64,000 nt of DNA from Octopus vulgaris (taxonomy: Eukaryota). This document shows, one piece after another, positions 1-33,178 of this stretch. The stretch is taken from the NCBI GenBank assembly GCA_951406725.2, contig OX597839.1:1860001-1924000 (forward strand). Reading direction: 5' to 3'. Position 1 is the stretch's first letter; the number at the start of each line of letters is the position of its first letter. A program made the translations under genes and the position numbers. A model generated the notes under the pieces. That model saw only the letters and a program-made list of their open reading frames with translations. It made no database searches and was not told the origin of the DNA.

Positions 1-40
<40 letters not shown>

Positions 41-51
41 TGATGATGATG

Positions 52-93
<42 letters not shown>
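1..93. repeat. (TAA)n/(TGA)n microsatellite
   Basis: Direct observation. Confidence 0.95.
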
Positions 94-96
<3 letters not shown>

Positions 97-360
97 GCCC
101 TGATGCAGTACCAGGCAGTGGCTCTCATGGCTTCTGATCTTAACTGATTGGAGCATCATAGCCATGTGTTAAGAAGGATTCTTTGGGGTTTGAATAATTC
201 ACCTCTGGAAACATGGGTGGTTCTTTCAACATCCTTAAACAACCCTTATTCAGGGACCTTTTGAGCGGGATGGGTTACTCGATCTGAAGAAAATTCTAAC
301 TGGGCCCCACCTGCAAGGTCATGTGCTGTTTCTCGCTCACTCAATAATAATAATAATAAT

Positions 361-770
361 AGGCGTATGAGTCGCTGTGTGGTAAATAGCTTGCTTATGA
401 ACCACATGGTTCCGGGTTCAGTCCCACTGCGTGGCACCTTGGGCAAGTGTCTTCTACTATAGCCTCGCGCCGACCAAAGCCTTGCGAGTGGATTTGGTAG
501 ACGGAAACTGAAAGACACCCGTCGTATATATGTATATATATATATGTATGTACATGTGTGTGTATATGTTTGTGTGTCTGTGATTGTCCCCCAAACATCG
601 CTTGACAACCGATGCTGGTGTGTTTACATTCCTGTAACTTAGCGGTTCGGCAAAAGGAACCGATAGAATAAGTACTAGGCTTACAACGAATAAGTCCTGG
701 GGTCGATTTGCTCGACTAAATGCGGTGCTCCAGCATGGCCACAGTCAAATGACTGAAACAAGTAAAGGAG
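361..770 (+). mobile_element. tRNA-derived SINE family A (CORE-like ccttgggcaagtg segment, internal TA/TG microsatellite, gtaaaaga tail)
   Basis: A-box-like GCTGTGTGG and B-box-like GGTTCAGTCCC; about 30 homologous full or partial copies in this window. Confidence 0.85.
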
Positions 771-1962
771 TATATATATATCAGCGGCGACTCCAGGTCA
801 TCAGCTTTACTCGAGCTCATCACAGATTTCACCTAAGACACATGTCAGCTCCAAGAATTCCACGTTTTCCCATAATATTTCTAGCCCCAAGTGGTTTATT
901 TTTTATGTCTAGTACTATGTCTTTCTCCATATCTAAATTAAGGATAAAAATAAAGCAACCCTGCAAAACACAACTGATCTTTACACACAGACGCGAGAAT
1001 AAGAGCAATCAAATAAAGACAGTGGAGTGCACAACACACATCAGCGATCTGACTGTCGCCTGTACTTTTGACAAGAGATGCCAGTTAATATTTTACACCT
1101 ACCAGGCTCGTTCGTATTAGCATGAGTTTCTGGTTAATCTTTTGTTCGTTTAAAAATATTGTAGAACGGAAACTTTTCATAGACTAGAATTTAAATCCTA
1201 ATCTCTATAGAAATTTATTGTTTCAAGAAAACATTGAATTTGAATTACTTCTAATTTTTTTACGATTATAGATAACAATTCGGGCTGTAACTTCTGAGTC
1301 CGAATCGGGCGCGTGTGAACAATGTCGAGAGAATGTCGGCTACGAATATTTTTTGACACAGGGCACCTATAAGACGACTGCAAGACGCCGAACAAAAATA
1401 AATGAACTGCGACCAGGCTCAATAAAAAGAGCCCGAGTTATTGGCTGCAATTACATACTTGAAGTTAGTGTTGGCAGTAATTAAATACACGCTCACTTTA
1501 CATAATTTATACTTGGGCCAAGCCCGTAGAGCCCGAGTACCGGAGTCGCCACTGTAACAACCACACACACAGACACACGTGCTATCATTACACACACACA
1601 CATACACACATACACATACACACACACACAGACCGCAAGCACATACCCACACATACACACACATACCTCCTTGTCTTGCACTCTCCTGTCTTTGAAAGAA
1701 CTTTTTCTTCACCCATTCCTTTCGGGTCATTCAATATGTGACCGCGTGTGTATCGTTGGCGATTTTCTTTCCTCCGTCTTCCCTTCCTTGGGCCTTTCCT
1801 TTTTCTCTGTTTCTGACGAAGAGCCTCTGCTCGAAACTTTAAACCCTCCTTCTTTCCTTCTTTCCTGAGCGTTCAATAACACTATACTTGTTCCACGTCC
1901 TCGTGTTGTTGTATTTTCTCTTTGTGTTTTCGTGTTTGGATTAACTTTATATATATATATAT

Positions 1963-2042
1963 AAACATTAAGATGGTTCTATTTTGGCTATGACCGTATA
2001 AAAAGTTTCCCATATCCAGCAATTTTTCATGTGTGTGTATGC

Positions 2043-2090
<48 letters not shown>

Positions 2091-2091
2091 A

Positions 2092-2177
<86 letters not shown>

Positions 2178-2178
2178 T

Positions 2179-2214
<36 letters not shown>

Positions 2215-2291
2215 CGCATACACACACATGAAAAATTGCTGGATATGGGAAACTTTTTATACGGTCATAGCCATAATAGAACCATCTTAAT

Positions 2292-2295
<4 letters not shown>
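1963..2295. repeat. Near-perfect palindrome centred on (TA)n
   Basis: Arms 1963-2044 and 2214-2295 are reverse complements with one mismatch seen. Confidence 0.92.
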
Positions 2296-2358
<63 letters not shown>

Positions 2359-2445
2359 AAATGGAAATATGAATTATCTATACGGATATATATATAACCG
2401 ATATATAGCAAAAAGTTAATCCAAACACGAAAACACAAAGAGAAT

Positions 2446-2493
<48 letters not shown>

Positions 2494-2594
2494 TTCTAAA
2501 AAATGAAGTTTGAAAATGCTGCTATATTAGACAAATTTTAATTTAACATGTTTCGGTTCTTGAAATGACGAACCTTATCAAAAAAAAATTTTAT

Positions 2595-2791
2595 TATATA
2601 ATAAAGAGAGTCCATGCTATATGTTTAAAGAGTATGATGTAATAGTTCATAATTGTGACATATATTCAATAGAGTCAAATATAAAAAATTCATATATAAT
2701 AAAGAGAGTCCATGCTATATGTTTAAAGTGTATGATGTAATAGTTCATAATTGTGACATACATTCAATAGAGTCAAATATAAAAAATTCAT
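2595..2791. repeat. 98-bp direct tandem duplication
   Basis: ataaagagagtccatgc at 2601 and 2699. Confidence 0.9.
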
Positions 2792-2890
2792 GTTCTTGAA
2801 TTTATATATGTATATGTATATGTATATTTATATATATATATGTATATATATACATATATATGTATATATATATACACATATATATATATG

Positions 2891-2965
<75 letters not shown>

Positions 2966-2973
2966 TATATATC

Positions 2974-3004
<31 letters not shown>

Positions 3005-4345
3005 CTATAAAATAATATGTTACAATTACTCAATAGTTAAGATAAAACTCTGAGTTTCAGATGCCGAAGTGGAAATCCACAACACCATCTCTTCGGTTAT
3101 CTGGCCATCTGAAAAAACGCTATGAAAAAATACCGTTATATAAAGGGAAGTTACTGTGTTATAATTCTGCTACTTATATAAAATAAGATTAAAATTTCAT
3201 AGTAAACATGTCTAGTCATACGCTCACATGTGCGCTAGTGGATCCACGTGCGTACTTATACGTCACTATGAAAACGTACACATCTTCACTCGCATTTTTC
3301 GCCAAATATATACGCATATATATACAAACTCATACACACACACATGCGTACCGTAAAGGTTCATACATACGTCTATATACGCACAAGCACAAGAAAAACT
3401 ATGGTTAAAGGTAACAGACAAAAACATAAGGAAGTATACAAAGCATAAAAACCACGTTCATATACGGACATGCCCTTATGCACTCATACACACACACGCT
3501 CATATATGTACATACCCGCACATGTTTATATACGCATACACACACACGCATATACGAAAAATGAATATACATATGCCCCCTCCCTCCAAAAAACCCCTTA
3601 AAAAATGGAAAAATACTAAGTAAAAACGTCTATATATATATGCATTATTATGCCCGCACACACGCACACATCTAAAACTGCCCACTCATACATATTCACA
3701 CACGTGTACAAATGAAACTATATACACGCCTATATAGGCACAGGAAAAAATGCAGGATAGAAAAGTACAGAAAAAATTATTATGTGTGAAAATATAAAAA
3801 TATATGAAATAATACAAGGTATAATGAGATAAAAAAAACTTTTTGGGACATAATATAGAAGGCAAGTTCTATCTGTTTTCTTTAGGGGACCAAAAACGTA
3901 ACAAAAATTTTGTCACATATGGGCATGATCCGAAAAGTTCTGTCCTTGAGTTTAGACATGTAGTCGGGTCTAAGCTGCTTTTCCAGATAAGCCATCTCTC
4001 CATGACGCATAGACCGCACTTTCCGCTGCCGTTGGTGTAGGGCTTACATTTGGCCAAAATCTTCCAATGGATGTTATAATCGACACCTTTATCTTTTAAA
4101 GACCAAATATGATTAGATAATTTTGTCGCTTTTCTTTTGTTCCAGTGCTTAAAACTCAAGGTGTGGTTATTGAACCTGGCCTTGAAATTACCCTCTGTAA
4201 GGCCCGCGTATTTCTTCGTCGAAACGGTGTCTCTAGTGGTTATAGAGTCCACGGTAGCTTCATATATGACAGTCTCGGACATGCAAGCTCCATTTACATA
4301 ATATTGAGGTCGCTTTCTTTCTTTTGTTATCTTACCGTTTTTACC
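3005..4345 (-). mobile_element. Penelope-like retroelement 3' fragment with GIY-YIG endonuclease
   Basis: ORF 3869-4360: C..E.VIY.A....[20 protein letters not shown]...TKLS.HIW.LK...W.IL.....CGLC..E...I...LNSR.EL, a typical PLE GIY-YIG domain; followed by a 3' region with a hammerhead-like motif. Confidence 0.85.
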
Positions 4346-4348
4346 AAT

Positions 4349-4700
<352 letters not shown>

Positions 4701-4985
4701 CCTAGGCAAGAAATGGCATTCTCATTAGAAGATTAAGTTGAAGCTCACATGCTTTATGACGTAGATAAAAATAATATGGAAAATCTTATCACAGCATTGG
4801 TACATGCATATCTGTGTGGTTAAAAATCTCTTCGTGTAACTAAGTGAATTCAGGTTCAGTTCCAGTCTGCGGCACCTTAATAAATATCTTTTTTTTTTTT
4901 TTTGTAGCTGACCAAAATGTTTTGGGTGAAATTGATTGGCGGAAACTAAATGGAAGCCCATCATATACAGGGTGCATCAGTTTTA

Positions 4986-5054
<69 letters not shown>

Positions 5055-5459
5055 AAGTTTTCTCTGTGTGTGTGTATACAAAAATTTAATGTACTTCAAT
5101 AACTTCTAAATCTTTCAACCGGTTTCTTTAAAATTTTATACATAGCTACGGGGAAAAAATAAATTCTACATCGAGTAAAAAACGGGATGGACGCTTCGAT
5201 TTTGTTTTGGTGCCTCGCTCTGTTGCACACGACTATAAGGATTTGCATCCCCAACGTAATTCGTCTTTTTTCCCAAACTTATAATGTAATACATGTCCTT
5301 GGAGTAGTAATTGTACGCGGCTGAAGAAGGCTATTGACATACAAATTACATCAATTATGCATTGATATAAACCGTCAAATAAAAGCCAGAAACATATGTA
5401 CCGCTAAATCCCTTGCAACATGTTTTTATTTTGATAAATATATATATATATATATATAC

Positions 5460-5511
<52 letters not shown>

Positions 5512-5608
5512 ATGATCCGGTTCTTGACTGAAGATTAAAGGCTTTGAAAGACCCGTCAGTGTTTTTTGCATCGTCTATTTGGATGTTTTGCATTCTTGTC
5601 CCATTTTG

Positions 5609-6080
<472 letters not shown>

Positions 6081-6701
6081 GATATATATACAGAGAGAGA
6101 GAGAGAGAATCAAGGTGTGTCTAGTAATAGTATAATAGTATGACAGTAAGTACAGAAGCACTAGTGAAAATTAGTAGAGATAAAAATATGAAGTGCATTA
6201 TGTATACAACTTAGTACACAAGGGGAAGTTTAGTACAAAAGAAAACAACTCGTCTGAGTTAAGAATGTTGTGTGGACCAACAATTCATGACTATTCATAA
6301 ATATCTCTCCGCACCCCTCTCTTACTCTCTTCCTTTCTTTCTCTTTCTCTTCCTCTTCCCCTTTTGTCTCTCTCTTTCCTTTTCTTTCTCTTCCTCTTTT
6401 CATTGCTATCTCTCCTTCTCTCTTTCTCTCTCTCTCTCCCTCTCTTTCATCATCAGTCTCTCCCTTTATATACATATTTTACCTTTTTCTTCTTTCAATC
6501 ATTGGACAGCGGCCATGCTGTGACAACTGCCTTGAAGGGGTTTTAATGGAAGAAACCGACCTCGTTACTCTTTTCTTTTCTGCTTTTTCTTTTATTTCTA
6601 AACGTGGTACTTTTTCTATCGGTCTCGTTTTGCCGAAACGTTATGTTACAAGGAAGTAAACAAACCAAACTAAAACATGTTTTAAGCGATGGAGGGGGAC
6701 A

Positions 6702-6748
<47 letters not shown>

Positions 6749-6775
6749 ATATGCATTGTATATGTTTGTGTATAC

Positions 6776-6995
6776 CAGTGGTTTTCAACCAGGGTTCCGT
6801 GGAACCTTAGGGTTCCGCCAGTTACAGTCCAGGGGTTCCACAAGAAGTTACAAAACTGCTAAAATCGACAGTAATTTTTAATTCTCCTGTGAAGATATGT
6901 GTGCATAAGACAATTAAATTATTGCACAGGGGTTCCTCGAGCCAGTGGAATGTTTCCTTGGGGTTCCGCTTCAGCAAAATGTTTGAAAAGCACTG
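6776..6995. mobile_element. hAT (Charlie-like) MITE
   Basis: TIRs CAGTGGTTTTCAA / TTGAAAAGCACTG; perfect 8-bp TSD GTGTATAC at 6768-6775 and 6996-7003. Confidence 0.88.
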
Positions 6996-8811
6996 GTGTA
7001 TACGAATGTACAGATATCATTCAACTACGGTGGTTCTAGAATAATATTCTTAAGGCCGCAATTTGCTCACACGCACCACCTTTCAGAGTTTGTCGCTAAT
7101 TCAGTTCTTAACCAAACTGGAAACTGGAAATTTGTCAAAGCTATGCTTCAGTTTTTCTAAAATTGAATAAAATAAATGGTGAAAATATATGTATGTGTAT
7201 GTAAGTGTGTGCGTGCGTTCATATGTGTGCGCGCGTGTGTATGTACGTGTGTGTGTGTATGTGTGCGTGTGTTTGTGTATATAAAAATAAAATAAGATAG
7301 AGAAAAGTAATAGAGAAAATGGAAAATTACAAAATGAAAGAATAAAATTAAATAAGCAACAAATATAATAAATTAAATGAATACAAAATAACAGATACAA
7401 GATTTTAAAAAAGGATAAATTAGAAATGAATACAATTACAAGAAAAAAGTAAAAAGGAGATAATAAATGGATAAAATGAAATAAAAGGATCAAAATAAGC
7501 TATAAATTTTTTTTAAAAAACGAATAAAAACTGTAAAAATATGAGTGAATATAAGATGGTATAAAAAGTTATTTTTTAAGGAGGGTGTAGCGACAGTCAT
7601 TAAGAGGAGGGGGTTGTGTTGAGTCCGAAAAGGGTTTGTGTTTGTAGACAGAAAATGTAACGCTGTTCCAGGCGGAGTCAAGAGTGCGTGGTTCCGTGAT
7701 GTAGGGTGGGCCTGAAGATGGTGCTATTAGAGGTGGAGTGGTTGGCCAAGCAGAAATGACATACGACGGGGGTGTTCGTACATAGCCGAATATCTCGTAG
7801 ATGTTTGGGCGAGTTAAGGCGGCGAATTGGCAGAAACGTTAGCACGCCGGGCGAAATGCATAGCCGCATTTCGTCTACCGTTACGTTGTGAGTTCACATT
7901 CCGCCGAGGTTGATTTTGCCTTTCATCCTTTCGGGGTCGATAAATTAAGTACCAGTTACGTACTGGAGTCTATGTAATTGACCCAACAATTATTTTGAAA
8001 ATAAATGTATTTTTTCAGACATATTTTTTAATTGTTTTATTTTACTATGTCAAAAAAGAGTTTATAATAGACGAAGGAACTCGTTTGCTGTCGATTTTGG
8101 CGAGTCTATCTTTTGACGAGTTAACTCGCCAGAGATAGAAAAAAACGATTTCGGTCAAAACGCATATATTCGTTTCTGCCGGGTAAGGGGTTAATCCCTT
8201 TGTCTGTCCCCTCTATGTTTAGTCCCTTGTGGGCAATAAAGAAATATTTCTCGTAGATGTTTGGTGAACCTGTCGGCCAGCCAGTGTGTGTGAGAAAATT
8301 GTGGAGTTGATAGTTGAGATCAAGAAAGAAGCGGAGAATAGGCTGAGTGAAGGGTGGAGGGCAGAGGGCGGAAGGGAGTTAAGCTTGCGGGAGTTGGTGG
8401 TTGAGGGACTGAAGGAGAGAGTGGGTGGAACGGATGGTGGCACAGATGAGAAGGTAGGAAGTGCTGGCAAGGATGGGTTCATTTAAGGGAGAGGAATAGG
8501 GAGTTGTGTGAAACTTCAAGTGGAAGCCATAGGGTGTGATGTGATGACAGAGGCAATGGCTAAGGAAAGAGGGGTCGCTAGAGAGGCAAGTTTTTTTTTT
8601 TTTTTTAAGTAAGTGAGACAGTTGTATAGAGGGTTGCAGACATTGAGAAGGGAAGCTGGAAGGAAAATGGGATAGAAGAGAGTGGAGATACTTGTTTCAG
8701 TCCTTTGACTGCAGCCATGCTGGAGCACCACCTTGAAGGGTTTTAGTCGAATAAATCGATCCCTAGTACTCATTTCTATCAGTCACTTTTGTCAAACCGC
8801 TATGTTATGGA

Positions 8812-9195
8812 CGTTATCAAAGAAGCTTGAGAGGCGGTTGGATGGAACCTACACTCGCCTCCTTATGAGAGCTCAAAATCTCTCGTGGAAGTGCCATCCA
8901 ACCAAAATGCAAATATATGGGAAACTACCACCTGTGTCATCTCTTGTGAAAGGTAGGAGAGTCCAGTTTGCTGGACATTGTTGTAGAGCTGAAAAAGAAG
9001 TAATTTCTACTCTTCTCCTCTGGAAGCCATCTACTCGCAATACCAGAGGACGAACACTCTCCTACTCTGATGTAATCTCCAGGGACACAGGCATCCAGCA
9101 ACAGGACCTCCGTAATGCCATGATGGACCGTGAAGTCTGGCGTAGCATGGTAAATTCCATTGTCTCGACCACGGTCGAACAATGATGATGATGAT
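8812..9195 (+). mobile_element. 5'-truncated RTE-clade LINE (ORF2 C-terminus, (TGA)n tail) inserted into a family A SINE
   Basis: LERRLDGTYTRLLMRAQNLSWK...RRVQFAGHCCR...MMDREVWR; flanking repeat atgttatgga. Confidence 0.82.
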
Positions 9196-9329
9196 GTTAT
9201 GGAGACATAAACACATCAAAACTGGTTGTCAAGTGGTGATGGAGAGACAAGCAAAAACATACACACACATATATATACATATATCTGTGAAGGAAAGTGA
9301 CTTGTTCTAACCATCAAGCTTTGAATCTT

Positions 9330-9364
9330 ATGAAGGTCTTGCCAATTCTTATATATGTATGTGT
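9330..9364 (+). CDS. Weak candidate for CYP exon 1 (MKVLPILIYVC[V])
   Basis: ATG at 9330, hydrophobic, phase-2 gtaagt donor at 9365 fits exon 2 with a 72-nt intron. The anchor is unusually short and partly microsatellite-like, so the true exon 1 may lie upstream of the window. Confidence 0.2.
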
Positions 9365-9436
9365 GTAAGTGACCCTTGTGGCCAATAAAAAAAAACATCA
9401 TTATTAATGTATTTTATTTATTCTTTTCTTTGTCAG

Positions 9437-28793
<19,357 letters not shown>

Positions 28794-28921
28794 CTTGAAG
28801 TACTGCACTATTAAATTGGACTTTGTGAAATTATGTACGATATAACCATTGATTAAAAAAGTAAAGTTATACAAAACAAAAATTGTTATTATAAAACTCG
28901 AAAATATGAAGATAATTTTTT

Positions 28922-29051
28922 AATAAATGCTTCCCTTTCATCTATCTAACATCTTTTTTGGTATATATTTTATTGGACATTAAAAATAAATCTCATATAG
29001 ATTTTATCAGAGAGCTACAATTCTACAGTTGACATTAGAAATGTGAATAAA
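28922..29051 (+). terminator. Candidate polyadenylation signals of the CYP gene
   Basis: AATAAA at 28922, 28985 and 29046, followed by T-rich sequence. Confidence 0.5.
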
Positions 29052-29799
29052 GTTGTATTTTTATTAGTCGTTCTTAGCATTTTTGTTTCAAGTCTTTTAC
29101 TATTTTCTTCTTGTCTTCCTTATATTTTCTACTTCACACATCATTTCTCATCATCTCTCTCATGCACACACATATAAACACTCTCCCAATCTGTCTGTCT
29201 CTCTTTCCCAGAAAAACAAAAGAATAACGAAAAATATGAGATTGCCTTCTTTACAGAAATCGAAGAAAGGACACAAACATTACAAAGTTTTCAAGTTTCT
29301 AATATCTGTCTTAATTCTCAAAATGAAATATTCACAAATGTCTCCATATGAGCAGATGCATATTATCCAACTGAAAAGTGCAGCCTTTGTATCTACTTTG
29401 GTCCAATTTCTGATTTATAGTTTATATTTGCATTAGGAAATATTTTTCTTTTGGTCTGTATAGTGATATGTTTAACATTGTATACATTGACATGCATCAC
29501 ACTAGTTACAAACATCTAAGTAAAGTTTTTATCGTGAGTTGTTTTATTCGAAGTTTACCTTTGTCTACATTCGTTCTAAGTTCTTCAGTGATTGGTTTGC
29601 TTTGAAAAAATATTCTATTGGTTATTTAGTTATTTTAATTAATTAGTTTATCTGATAATGTACAAGTCTGATAGGACTACTTTAAAAATATTCTGATGAT
29701 ACAGATTATATTTCGCTGTGAAATGTACTGTCTCAGTCTTAGGTTCCTCTTTCTATAACATTTTGTTTAATAAGCAGGAATAGATATCTTTGTCTAAGA

Positions 29800-30420
29800 A
29801 AATATCATTTGAATTCCATAAATCATTCTTCATTGCAAATTGTAGTCTCAACAACAATACATATTTTTCCTGGCTAGAGTGTACTGAATGTGTATATTCT
29901 ATGTGCTGGGTGACACAAGTTAAACGATTAGATACTGATGTATTTCTGGGTCTTTATATGTACAATGGCAATTTTGTAGTACCTTTGTAAATTTCGTGGT
30001 TTGGTGTAAATTATTCAGCACAATGCTGAAATTTTCTAAAGTGTTTACAGAATTTGTTCAAGAGTCATCTTCAAAAACCTCTAAAATGAGTACCACAGTT
30101 TTCTAATATTTTCGGTAGCAATTTTGTTTTTAAGTATCCCATTCTTTGCATATACTGGAGCAAAACTAGTTCCCATTGTTGTACCTCCAATTTGTAGATA
30201 ATGTTTACTATTGGAAAAGAATGCATTATTTTCAAGAATAAGACTGTCTATTATGAAGTCTATCAAGTATTCACTGGAAATCATCTCATTAGTCATTGTT
30301 CCAACATTTGATTGATATTATTCCTAAAACATCTAGAATATTTTGTCTTGAGACTTACTACATCAAAACCAAAATTTACAAGTCCAGGCCAAAACCAATT
30401 TTATATGAATTCGACATTAC
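29800..30420 (-). mobile_element. Penelope-like reverse transcriptase relic
   Basis: ORF 30081-30296: ILENNAFF...YLQIGGTTMGTSFAPVYA (PLE RT QxxGxxMG motif). Confidence 0.72.
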
Positions 30421-30694
30421 ATTCAGTAACGAGGTTCCTAATTAATAAATATTCTGTTGTTCTTAAATTTATTATAAAATAATCATCATGTATTAACAGG
30501 CATGGCTGCATGATAAGAAGCTTGTTTCCCAACCACATGGTTCTAGGTCCAGTCATATTGTGTGTCACCTTAGGCATCTTCTACTATGGCCTCAGGCCAA
30601 CCAATGATTTGTGATGACAAAAGACTGAGATGCCTGATGTTTTCCTGTACTCAAATATATATATATATATTAAAAATATTTTGAAAAGATAAAT

Positions 30695-31932
30695 ACATAT
30701 ACAGGTTGACTTACACATTATAAAACAAAGTCATAAATTGAGTTAAGAGTCTATAAGATAAAAAGTTTGGGTGTTACTAATCCAGCTAATAATCCTATAG
30801 CTGTTTCAGGGGGTCCAGTTGTCCAGTCATAAAAAAGATATTCACATCCATTTTTGGACATTACACCCTTCATCAGGGAAAATATATCTCTAAAAAGGCT
30901 CACATATACTATGTTTTTGAGTGATTGGAGGAGATACAATGCATGATAAGATCAGGCTACTGATGGCTCTATAGGTAGAGGATAAAAGGAGGGAAGTATT
31001 GATTTATTTTTCAGCAAATGTTGTGAAGGCTGGTTCTTAACTATCCAGAATTGTAATGTATAAATGCTGAGTAAAAACTATGTTTGCAAGAGTAGACAGT
31101 GTTGGAGATCCTATTTAATATCGAGTTGTGTAGACAGAGAATAATTAATGACTCTTTTAAGCACAACTTGCATTTGTCTATCTTTGTATTACAAGGGGGA
31201 GCTTCTTTTAATATGGACCAAGCCAGTGTCTATTGTATATTTTGTGATTTAAGATCGTGTATGTGTGTGGCTAATGACATTGAAAATTTATATTTTATCT
31301 TAATGATAAAATTTAAGCGAGCTCTATATTGGCGTTTAAAATCTATCATGCTACCTATGTAGGTCTTTGCTTGATGTTTATCTGATGTTTTTAAATGACA
31401 TTTATAAACTACATTTTTATGCAGACAGAAGCCCCTAAGCAGGCATGCATTAGGTACACAACAATTACAGGTTTTCCTTTTAGTTCTACCATTTATATTG
31501 TGTTATTGCCATTTTTGGACTATGGGGTACTGTACAAGGATCTGGATGTGTACTAATCTGAAGCTGAACTTTACATCTATTAATAGAGGTTATTATAGTT
31601 CCTAAATTTGGTGTGGTGGATTAAGACAATTTGACTGATTTCATCTCAATGTAAATCATCTGACCCCATCAGATTGTACTGTCCCTTCTTTTTGACCCCT
31701 AGAGGGTAATAAAAAAATTAGTACATGTGAGCCTTTTTAGAAATATATCTTCCTTGATGATAGATGTGGTATCCAAAAATGGATGTAAATATCTTTTTTT
31801 AAGACTGGACAATTGGACCACCAGAAATGGCCACAGAATTAATAACTGGATAAGTAACACCAAAACTTTTTATCTTATAGACACTTAACTATTTATATGG
31901 CTTCATTTTATAATCTGTAAGTCAACCTGTAT
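30695..31932 (-). mobile_element. Degenerate Penelope-like element: GIY-YIG relic between inverted pLTR-like repeats
   Basis: Minus strand around 31470-31140 reads CNCCVPNACLLRGFCLHKNVVYKCHLK...KTYIGS...(stop)...WSILKEAPP...KCKLCLKE; 30695-30905 and 31724-31932 are diverged inverted copies. Confidence 0.78.
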
Positions 31933-32316
31933 TCTCTTTACTCTTTTATTTGTTTCAGTCATTTGATTGCGGCCATGCTGGAGCACCGCCTTTAGTTGAG
32001 CAAATCGACCCCGGGACTTATTCTTTGTAAGCCCAGTACTTATTCTATTGTGATGGGGACATAAACACATCAGCATCAGTTGTCAAGCAATGCTAGGAGG
32101 ATAAACACAGACACACAAACACACACACATATATATATATATACATATATACGACAGGCTTCTTTCAGTTTCCGTCTACCAAATCCACTCACAAGGCATT
32201 GGTCAGCCCAGGGCTATAGCAGAAGACACTTGCCCAAGATGCCATGCAGTAGGACTGAACCCGGAACCATGTGGTTGGTTAGCAAGCTACTTACCACACA
32301 GCCACTCCTGCGCCTA
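31933..32316 (-). mobile_element. SINE family A
   Basis: Homology to other copies. Confidence 0.85.
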
Positions 32317-33098
32317 TATGTATTTACCTTTTCAATATATTTTTAAAGTATGTATATCTACATATTTATATATTTTTCTATGTATATTTTTGTATGTTTG
32401 ATGTATTGAATATACTTTTGGAAAAATTCCTGCAAGTTGGGTGATGGACTGAGTAAATATAAATGTAGATGTGAATTTCATTTGCTTAAATTTGATTCTT
32501 ATTTCTACATTATATTTTAGAGAAGAAATATGTATACACATAAATAATAAGATAAGCATTTGATGTCTAAAAACGTTAAAAATATCAGATGGGATAGTCA
32601 TGACAGGAACTCACTTTGTTCAATCATAATGGTGCTCACTCAGAGATGACTGGGGTTTTAAAAACAACAACAACAAACATATATTTAGTTTTTTCCAATT
32701 TAATCCAGAGATTAAAGAGAATTACCGAAAAAAAAAGTTTATGTTTAAAAATAAAATATTTTCGATATTTCGGACATTTGTTCCTTTAGCATTCAAATTA
32801 CTGTTTTAAATTAATCATGCATTATCTCATAGCTTTGACATTTTCATCCAGTGATTGCATAGCTTCAGAATGGCATTATAGGGTAAGTGTGAGAGACAGG
32901 ATCTGGCTCGTTTTAATATAAAACAGGTAGAATATTCAGGTCATATAAGGCTGATTTGAATGCTAAAGGTTTAATGATGGAGAAGATGGTTGTTTACAAC
33001 ATTACTGTTTAGTTTTTTGTTTGGGCTTTAAAAATATTTTAAGTAAAAAAAAAAGGCAAAAACTGTGAAAAAGAAAAAAAAAGTTGAAATCCAGGTTT

Positions 33099-33178
33099 TC
33101 AAAAAATCTCAGCAGCATTCACAAAAAGGGCCAGTAGAAGTAAAGAAAAGCTGAATGTAATTCGAGTCCCAAAATTAC
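33099..33178 (-). CDS. Six-Cys protein exon 4: last Cys plus GPI-signal-like tail (CNFGTRITFSFSLLLLALFVNAAEIF*)
   Basis: Strong poly-T...atcttttacag acceptor; T+GT completes Cys; small-residue site, spacer, hydrophobic tail, TGA. Confidence 0.75.

Noticed and set aside
246-608. Recurrent ORF family MSSNARGTNTDTQ...RLPNPLTRLWSARGYSRRHLPK that looks like a multigene family
   Set aside because: Antisense translation of SINE family A; copies coincide exactly with SINE boundaries.
5187-5324. MDASILFWCLALLHTTIRICIPN... as CYP exon 1
   Set aside because: No convincing phase-2 donor after the hydrophobic stretch; the best GT is phase 0.
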